Below are positions 44,496 to 52,520 of a stretch of 52,520 nucleotides of DNA, one piece after another. The notes under the pieces are model-generated. The model was not told the origin of the DNA and ran no database searches. It saw nothing but the letters and a program-made list of their open reading frames with translations. The stretch lies in contig JABLTG010000143.1 in NCBI GenBank assembly GCA_016618085.1, forward strand, positions 1 through 52,520, read 5' to 3'. The translations under genes and the position numbers were made by a program. Positions within the stretch are counted from its first letter, which is position 1; the number at the start of each line of letters is the position of its first letter. This stretch comes from Neovahlkampfia damariscottae (lineage: Eukaryota).

Positions 44496-45949
44496 ATGAA
44501 TAATTGTTCCTTGTTGACTTTTCTCATTCTTCTTTTCTGCTACACTTTTGTCAGTGCTGATATTAGTTGTTTAGAAAATAAAGAATGTCCAAAAAATCAT
44601 TACTGCACAGGTTCACCAGAAAAACAAATTCAAGGAAAATGTGCAACAAAAGAAAAAATTATTTGTTTTCAAAATGATGAATGTCTCACCACAGAAATCT
44701 GCCATAAAATCACCAGTAAAAAATAAAAAAAAAATTAATCACAAATACAAAAGAAAATTTCGGTTTTTGTGGACCAACAACAAATACAAAACCAAAAGTA
44801 GAAGGACTTCATGATATCAAAGTTAAAACTTTGACAGATATTGAATTTGCAAAAAAATTTCAAGAACAAAGACCTGTCAATATTTCATTTTGTGCAAATG
44901 AAAAAGACTTTCATGACCTACCAAGATCTGAAGAAACACATTCACACTCAAATGATGTAAAAGCAAACTGTTATAGATCAGGTAGTTGTGATGATCCAGC
45001 TGTTCGTAATTCATATTCTCCACCAAATCTCGGAGTTATTATTAAAATCAATTGGCTTTATTTTGAATGTGATGCGAACATGAATTCAAAAATTTTAGGA
45101 AAAATAGGAGATCAAACAACAGCTTTAAACAAAAGATTCAAACCATTAGGTTTTCAATTTGCTTCAAGTTTATTCAGATATCCATGTACAGGTACAGATG
45201 GAAATCAAGACTATAATACCATTTCAAAAACTGAAGCTACAGCTGCTCTTTTCAAAGAACAACCAAATTTCCAAAAAGATGGTGTTTTTGCTATTGTTGT
45301 TGGAAAACCTGTTCAAAGCAATCTTGGTGGATTTTTTTACTATCCAGGTGGTTCAAGAAGTGGTTCTGGATTTATGAATCAAAACTCAGTCAATACAAAT
45401 GACAAAGTATTAGCTCATGAACTTGGTCATGGATTTGGTCTTCCTCATACATTCCAGTTTTGATTTTTAATTTTTTTTTAACACTTTCTTTTTTAGTGGT
45501 GTGGATGAAGTTGGTTGTGGTGATTGTAGAGAAACTGAAGCTTCGGATGTTACTGGTGACTTTTGTGCTGATACACAACCTGCTCCTACCGAATTCAAGT
45601 GTATCGACACAATTACAGGTACAGATTCATGTAACCCAGCACGTACTCAATGGAATAATCCAAAACTCAATCTTATGTCTTATACAAGTTGTTCAAATCA
45701 AGTTTTTACAACTTGTCAAAAAAAAAGAATGTTATGTTGTAAGAAAAAAAAAAAATGTGTATTTATAAATTTTAAGACTATGATAAATCATTAAAATCAT
45801 GGGTTAAACCAACAGGTGTATATCCATTAGGAAGTAACTTAATTCCAGGAGTGCCTTTAATCCCATTTCCATGGGCTACAGATGGAAGTGTATCAGTTAC
45901 TGTTAGTTTTGTTGTTATTTTATCCACTTTGGTTTATTTATTATTTTAA
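44496..45949 (+). CDS. Pappalysin-type (M43) metzincin protease with N-terminal Cys-rich repeats and C-terminal GPI/TM anchor, 4 exons
   Basis: HELGHGFGLPHTF, CADTQP, Met-turn NLMSY, signal peptide and hydrophobic C-terminus. Introns near 44716, 45457 and 45739. Confidence 0.88.
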
Positions 45950-45982
45950 CGTTTTTATTCTCTTAATAAAGATATTTGATAA

Positions 45983-48353
45983 TTACAAATTTTTCAGAAT
46001 TTTTTGTAATTCTGATTTTTTGACAGGTTTTGACAGAATTTGATCAAATTTCCATTCTTTTGCTTGTTTTTCAACAGATTGAGCTAATACATTCCCTGTT
46101 AATGCATAAACTAAAGTGCTCTTTTTTTCATTTTCTAATTCACGAATCAATTGAGTGCATTCAATTCCATTCATTATTGGCATTGAAACATCCATGAAAA
46201 CAATATCAAAGCAATCATTTTGGGTTATAATCTCATATGCTTCTTTGCCGTTTGTTGCTTTTTGAATATTTTTGATTTCTAAATTTTCCAAAAGTCTTTC
46301 CAAAGATTTTAAAATTAATGCATTGTCATCAACGATCAAAATTTTCAAGTTCTCATTATATCGATCAGTTTTCAATGTTTCATTAGTTATGATAGGTTTT
46401 GAAAGCAATTTTAATAATTGTGAAGGTAAAATTGGATATTTCAAATGTTGAAAATCTGTTGTTGATTCCTTTGATATCTCAACAATTTTGACCTTTGTAA
46501 AATCTTCAGGAATGTTTAATTTTGAAGGATTTTCGGCTAAAATAAGCTGATTTTCACAGAAATTTCTTGAATTAACCTGTATTTTAGGTATGGAAGTCAT
46601 TTTTAATAAATTTACAATTTGATTCACTACTTTAGAATCTGAGTGGATTACTGAAATTTTATCTATGTTAACATCAAGATCTTTCAATAATACATCATAA
46701 TTTAAATTATTTTGTAATTTTGTAAATGGAATGGTAAACCAAAACTTTGAACCAATTCCAGTATTACTTTCAACACCAAATTCACCATTCATTAATGTTA
46801 GTAATTTTCTACAAATAGATAAACCTAATCCCCAGCCTTTGAATTTAGAAGGTGAATATTTCTTTTGATGTATTTGAATGAAAGGATCAAATAAATGCTC
46901 TAAATTTTCTTTCGAAATTCCAATTCCTGTATCTTGACATGAAAAATAGAAATTTTCAGAATCATTATCACTGTGAATCTTTTTTGCTTCTACTTGAATG
47001 AATCCTTCATTTGTGTATTTGATCGAATTTGAAATAAAGTTATTCATAATTTGTAGTATTCTTGATGAGTCACCGAAGAATAGTTTTGGTAATGAATAGT
47101 CAAAAGTCAAATTCATTTTTAATCCTTTTTTGAAACATGATTTGTAGTTCATTGTAATTGAATTTTCAACAATTTCTAACAGATCAAATTCCTTTTCAAA
47201 AATTTTCATTTCTCCTGCTTCAATTTTTGAATGGTCCAAAATATCTCCGACGATAGTTGTCAGGAATTTTGTTGAATTGTGAATATCTTTCACTGTTTCT
47301 TTCACTTCTGTGGTCAAATTTTTTGTTAATAAATTTTCCGAGTTGTAAGAAATAACTTGAAGTGGATTTCGAATTTCATGAGAAATGGAAGCAATAAATT
47401 CATTTTTAGCTTTCAAAGAAGCAATATTTTGAATATTAATCATTTCTTTTTCGGCCATTCTCTTTTCCAATGATACATCTTGAATCAACAAAGCAATTTC
47501 AAATTTTTCATTTGAATTAGAAAATTGAATACTTGCATCAATTGTATACCAAAGTAATTGTCCATCAGTATTCAATGTCTTCCATTCATACTTTTGACGC
47601 TGTTTAGATTTCTTCAATTGTTTAATAATTTGAGAATTATGAAATGGAAAATTTTTCAAATTTTGTCCTATCAAATCTCCTTGTTTAAAATCCAAAAAAC
47701 CATTATTAGCAAAATTTATAGTCATATTTTCATCGGTTGTGATAAAAACACAGTGAATTAAATCAACCAAATTTTTGTATCTTGAACTCTGAGATTGAAT
47801 TTTATCCAATAATTCAGTGACAGACTCTAACAAATTTAAAATGAAGAAAACGAAATAAAATGTGACAACAGCAACTCCAAATATAAATTGATAAGAAGCT
47901 TTGGAAAAAAAGCTCATTGATATTCCGGAGTTGATTACAAGTGGCAAAAAGTATAATAATTTCCATCTTTTTGAAGCATATACAGGTACACAAATCGTAA
48001 GTAGTAAAAGATGCATCATGATAAATGCACCAATAGGTACATGCGATTGAGAACCAAGGACCAAATGATACCTGAAAAAATAAATTCAATTTTTTTTGAT
48101 TTAACCATGGAATCATGAAAAACTTTTTTAACCATATTGATAATGGATAAGTTATTACAAATTTGTTTTTGAATACCCAAAGATGTATTAAATGTGAGAT
48201 ATAGTCAAAAGAAACTGCAAAGACAAATCCAGAATGAAATCCTGAAGAAGCTAGCAATGTGAATAAAACTATAGGTGAATATAACTTCAGGAAACTCCTC
48301 ATTCTTGTCACTACATCTTGGTATGAGGTCAAATCTCTCTTTATACTGAACAT
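45983..48353 (-). CDS. Hybrid histidine kinase 2, 2 exons
   Basis: Same architecture and intron position as HK1; ISHEIRNPL and FMDVSMP. Confidence 0.93.
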
Positions 48354-48580
48354 TTTTGATTGGACAATAATTTTTAGCGAAAGAAACAATTTATCAAGAA
48401 AAAAACTTTAGTTGAAGGATTATTAGAAGTGATTCATCAGAAATATTATCACTCCAAAAATTCCAAATTGAGTGGGGAAAATAGCAAAACAGGAATGTTG
48501 TTTTCCCAAAAATGGAGAAACAATGGAAATAGAAACCCCAAATTTGGATTTTTTACTTTTCAAAAATCAAAATACATTCA

Positions 48581-50924
48581 TTAAATTTTCTCCAAAATAT
48601 GTTGTAGTTCCTTTTTGTTGACAGGTTTTGTCAAAATTTCATCAACTTGCCATTCTTTCATTTGATCTTCCAAAGAATTAGTCAAAACATTCCCAGTTAA
48701 TGCATAAATTAAACAATTACATTTCTCATTTTCCAATCCTCTAATCATTGCAGCGCATTGTATTCCATCCATTACAGGCATTGAAATATCCATAAAAATA
48801 ATATCAAATACTTTTTCGTTTTGAACCACAGCTTCAAATGCATCTTTTCCATTTGTTGCTTTTTGAATATCACCTACATCTAAATTCTGTAATAATCTTT
48901 CTAAAGATTTCAAAATCAATTGATTGTCGTCAACAATTAGAACTTTCAATTCGCGATTTTTCTTTGATTGAGGCATTTCTGGAGATGTTTTGGATGAAAT
49001 GATCTTGAATAAATTTGAAGGTAAAATTGGATATTTCAACAAATGAAAATTTGTCGTTGGTTCATGGGAAATTTCTACGATTTCAGTATTCAAACTTTTT
49101 TGAACATTTTTTATAGAATTTGACTCAACAAACATCATTTGAATTTCATCACATTTTGTTGTGTCAAATACTTGAATATTCTTCATTCTCAATAATTTCT
49201 TAATTTGATCTTCAATTTCAACATCTGAATGAATAATGGAGACTTTTTTGATTGTTGTATTTAATAATTTAATTTCTTCTAAACACGTGATTTCCTTCTT
49301 CCTTTTTTGGAATGGAATTTTGAACCAGAATTTCGAACCATTTCCCAATTCACTATCAACTCCAAATTCTCCATTCATCAATTTCAAAAGTTTTTTACAA
49401 ATAGAAAGGCCTAAACCCCATCCTCGAAATTTTGATGGTGAATACTTTTTTTGTTGAATTTGAACAAATGGATCAAATAAATTTTTCAAGTCGCATTCTT
49501 TGATTCCAATTCCAGTGTCTTTACATTCAAAATATAAACATTCATTGTCATCTGAAAATTGATTTTTTGTGATGATTTCTATCTTTCCTTTGTTTGTGTA
49601 TTTAATTGCATTTGTGATAAAGTTGTTTGTAATTTGTAAGATTCTTGCAGCATCACCTGTGAAATACTTTGGTAAAGAAAAGTCAAAATTTAAACTCATT
49701 TTTAGTTTTTTTTCCATACAAGTTCTAGAATTCATTTTAATTGAACTTTCAATCAGTGGAAGTAATTCAAATTCTTGATCGACAATTTTCATTTCTCCTG
49801 CTTCAAATTTTGAATGATCTAAAAAATCTCCGATGACAGTAGTCAAGAAACACGTTGCATTATGTATATCTTTAACAGTTTCTTTCACTTGAACTGACAA
49901 ACTTTTTGAAAGCAAATTTTCCGAGTTGTAAGAAATAACTTGAAGTGGATTTCTGATTTCATGAGAAATAGAAGCAATAAATTCATTTTTAGCTTTTAAA
50001 GCAGCGATATTTTGTGCATTGATTTTTTCCTTTTCAGCCATTTTTCTTTCCAAAGAAACATCTTGAATCAATAAAACAATTTCATCTGAAGATTGAATAG
50101 TGTAATCAATAAACAAAGAAATGCATTCATTTTTTTCATCATCATAAATGAATCTATGTCTTTGATGCATTTTGGTTTCTTTTAACTTTTTGATGATACC
50201 AGAATTATAAAAAGGAAAACTTGATAAATTTTTACCCATAATATCTTTTGGTTGTAAATTCAAAATGCCCTTGTTTACGTAAGAAATATTCAAATTTTCA
50301 TCCATTGTAAATATGACACCATGAATATAACTCACTAAATTCTTGTATCTTAAGTATTGTTCTTGTGATTCTTTCACTAACTTTCTCACAGAAATCAAAA
50401 TATTTAAAATATAAAGGATAAAAAATAATGTCAAACAAAAGATGACTAAACATGTTCTAATTGTGTAACCCATGAAAAAATGCATAGTGAAAGCAGACTC
50501 TGTCAAAATGAGTAAATAGGCTTTTGCTTTCCAATCTGAAATCGTAATGTCCAAATGAGTGTTTGATAATGTGACAATTTGAGTCATTGTTAAGCACCAA
50601 CCTGGTATCAAAGAAGTTGGACCAAGAGCGTAGTGATGTCTTTTAAATGTTAAAAAAAAAAAAAACAACTTACAAAGGAATAATCATAAATTTTTTTGCC
50701 CACAGAGCATAAGAGTACTTTCCTCCGATACGTTTATTTTCAAAATACCAAAGTAACAAAACATGAGTGATATAGTCTAAGAAGTACACTGAACAAAATC
50801 GGAGATTAAAATTGGAAAGAACCATCAAAAATAGAATGAAGAAACCACCATACATCTCCAAGTAGTTTTGGTTGACAAACAACAAGTCTTGTTCAGTGGT
50901 TAATTCGTTTTTAGTACTGCCCAT
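48581..50924 (-). CDS. Hybrid histidine kinase 3, 2 exons
   Basis: Same architecture and intron position; ISHEIRNPL and FMDISMP. Confidence 0.93.
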
Positions 50925-51156
50925 TTTTGATTTGTTGGTCGGAGTTTTTCCTTTTATGTAAGAAAAATATGTGAAAGAACAAATTTCAATGAAAATATTT
51001 TGATGTTTAAATTTTAATTTTGGCAACTTCATGATTGAAGATTTTTTGTATCCAAAAACAGTAATCGTTTTTTTTCCAATTTGGTGAACATTTTTTCCTG
51101 TTCAGATATATTTTTAACAAAGATGAATGAATTGACACAATTTATTGAATGATTTT

Positions 51157-52218
51157 TTATTCAAAAAAGTTCTGCTCTCCATTTTTTGTCCATTCTTTTA
51201 AATCAATCGTTTTTGTCATCTTTTCTTCAATTTCTTCTTCTTCACTCAAAATTTCTTCTTTTTCAAATTTAAAATTATTTTTTATTCCCTCTTGCAAAAA
51301 TAAAATATTTGAAAAAGCATCTTCCAAAGCGCAATGAAATTGAAATTGAATATTCTTATGAAAATGACATATCTTACTGTCATTTAAGTAATTCACATGA
51401 TATTTTAAAATTTCTTCAATTTTTTCTTCTGTCAGTTCAGGTGCAAATGAAAATAAAAAATCTTTTACATCAAAAACATTCAAATTAATTTTTCTTTTCA
51501 ATTTTTCTTCCATCCATTTTATTGATGCATTTTCAGCATAAGGTCCTTTTGCTAACATTAATATTTCTTCTTTACATATTCCTTTTAATAAAAACTTTTC
51601 AAAATTTTTCCAAATTTGTTCAACAGATTTTTTGGTCAATTTTTTCATTTCATTAAATGGAATTCCATGAATATTCTTTTCAGTATATCGACAGGTGAAT
51701 TGATATTTATCATCTATTTTCCCTGGATTTATGAATTCATGAAAGGATTTTTCAATTTTCAATGTGTTCATGTTCAATTTCACACAACCTATTTCTAATG
51801 GAATTGTAGCATCACCAAGACATCCTAATTCAAAATCGATGGAATATACATATTTTACATCTTTTAAAGATAATTTTTCTCTTTTTTTTTTTAGTTTACG
51901 ATTCATAAAAAATTTTCTTTCTTCTTTTGTAATTTCTTTTGCCTTCAGAAATTCATTTTTCATTTTTATTTGATTTATTTTTTCTATGGTTTCACATATT
52001 TTTTCATTTGAAAATAACTGTATAGAACCTTTGGTTTTATCTTCGAATTTGTATTTGAAAACATGAAATTCAATTTGTTGTTGTTCGAGTATCTGTTCAA
52101 ATTCATTCTTCAGTGTACTCTTTGGTATGTTTTCAATGTAGATTAAGTTTTCACTTTTTGAAAATTTGTTTTCTTTCAGAATCACTTCCGCTATCTTAAA
52201 ACTGACTTTTCTGTTCAT
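51157..52218 (-). CDS. MAEL: Maelstrom-domain protein with intact DEDDh residues and an N-terminal RRM-like domain
   Basis: IYIENIP (RNP2-like); IDFE...PLEIG...FHEFINPG...TEKNIHGIP...CHFH...HCALEDA carries both ECHC zinc ligands and DEDDh residues. Confidence 0.78.
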   Translation of the reverse strand: MNRKVSFKIAEVILKENKFSKSENLIYIENIPKSTLKNEFEQILEQQQIEFHVFKYKFEDKTKGSIQLFSNEKICETIEKINQIKMKNEFLKAKEITKEERKFFMNRKLKKKREKLSLKDVKYVYSIDFELGCLGDATIPLEIGCVKLNMNTLKIEKSFHEFINPGKIDDKYQFTCRYTEKNIHGIPFNEMKKLTKKSVEQIWKNFEKFLLKGICKEEILMLAKGPYAENASIKWMEEKLKRKINLNVFDVKDFLFSFAPELTEEKIEEILKYHVNYLNDSKICHFHKNIQFQFHCALEDAFSNILFLQEGIKNNFKFEKEEILSEEEEIEEKMTKTIDLKEWTKNGEQNFFE

Positions 52219-52520
52219 TCTGATTAATCAGACCAGATATTAACATCAAGGTTTCTTTCGGGATAGGACCATCGCCAACAGTACTGGCAGTTTTTGGATT
52301 TCCAATAAAATTTTGTATATTCATCAGAAATATATTTCTTGCTCCATTATAATCTCTTGGAAGAGAAAAATTACAATATTTACAATTGAAATAATCTTTT
52401 TTTCCAAGTTTCCAATCTATTTTTCCACATGATCCACATGTACAACTGGTATAATGTTCTGAAACTTCATGTACTTGAATAGAATCTTTTTGAGCAAGAT
52501 GTTTTAGTGTTTGATGAAAT
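52196..52520 (-). mobile_element. Fanzor/TnpB ORF, 3' part only (zinc finger + RuvC-III), missed by the ORF track
   Basis: FHQTLKHLAQKDSIQVHEVSEHYTSCTCGSCGKIDWKLGKKDYFNCKYCNFSLPRDYNGARNIFL...; the frame is open from the window edge to TAA at 52196-52198. Confidence 0.9.

Noticed and set aside
1277..51973. Numerous short antisense or overlapping ORFs in the track (e.g. 1277-1651, 13259-14215, 28532-28891, 35034-35417, 51616-51973)
   Set aside because: They lie opposite well-supported genes and have the F/S/L/I-rich composition typical of antisense frames.

Overview
Gene-dense, very AT-rich eukaryotic DNA in the standard genetic code, with tiny GT-AG spliceosomal introns (27-43 nt in the intact genes parsed) and CCAAT boxes just upstream of many start codons. 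The gene content (Akirin, RWP-RK factors, RGS-START-RGS, hybrid histidine kinases, Cdc123/R2K ATP-grasps, DEDDh-type Maelstrom, Fanzor) suggests a heterolobosean amoeba; this is inference. About 32 protein genes and five identical tRNA-Lys(UUU) genes can be traced. Housekeeping genes include PRP22/DHX8, HPS3, TRAPPC5, PARG, TVP38 and PepD. The standout signal is at 37982-38623, an apparently non-coding 630-nt gap inside an ankyrin-repeat gene. It parses as 17 consecutive mini-introns separated by 3-nt, single-codon microexons (plus one zero-length junction), located in the loop between two ankyrin repeats. This is a candidate splicing-based generator of binding-loop diversity. Other notable items: a tandem double G-alpha protein with an internal F-box and no arginine finger; the 3' end of a Fanzor/TnpB ORF overlapping the start of a Maelstrom gene; an LRR gene with one repeat per 84-nt exon; a 1101-aa secreted, highly basic Kazal/Cys-repeat/VWD protein; and a recent inverted duplication of a ubiquitin-like gene lacking the diglycine. 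All intron models are manual parses without transcript data.
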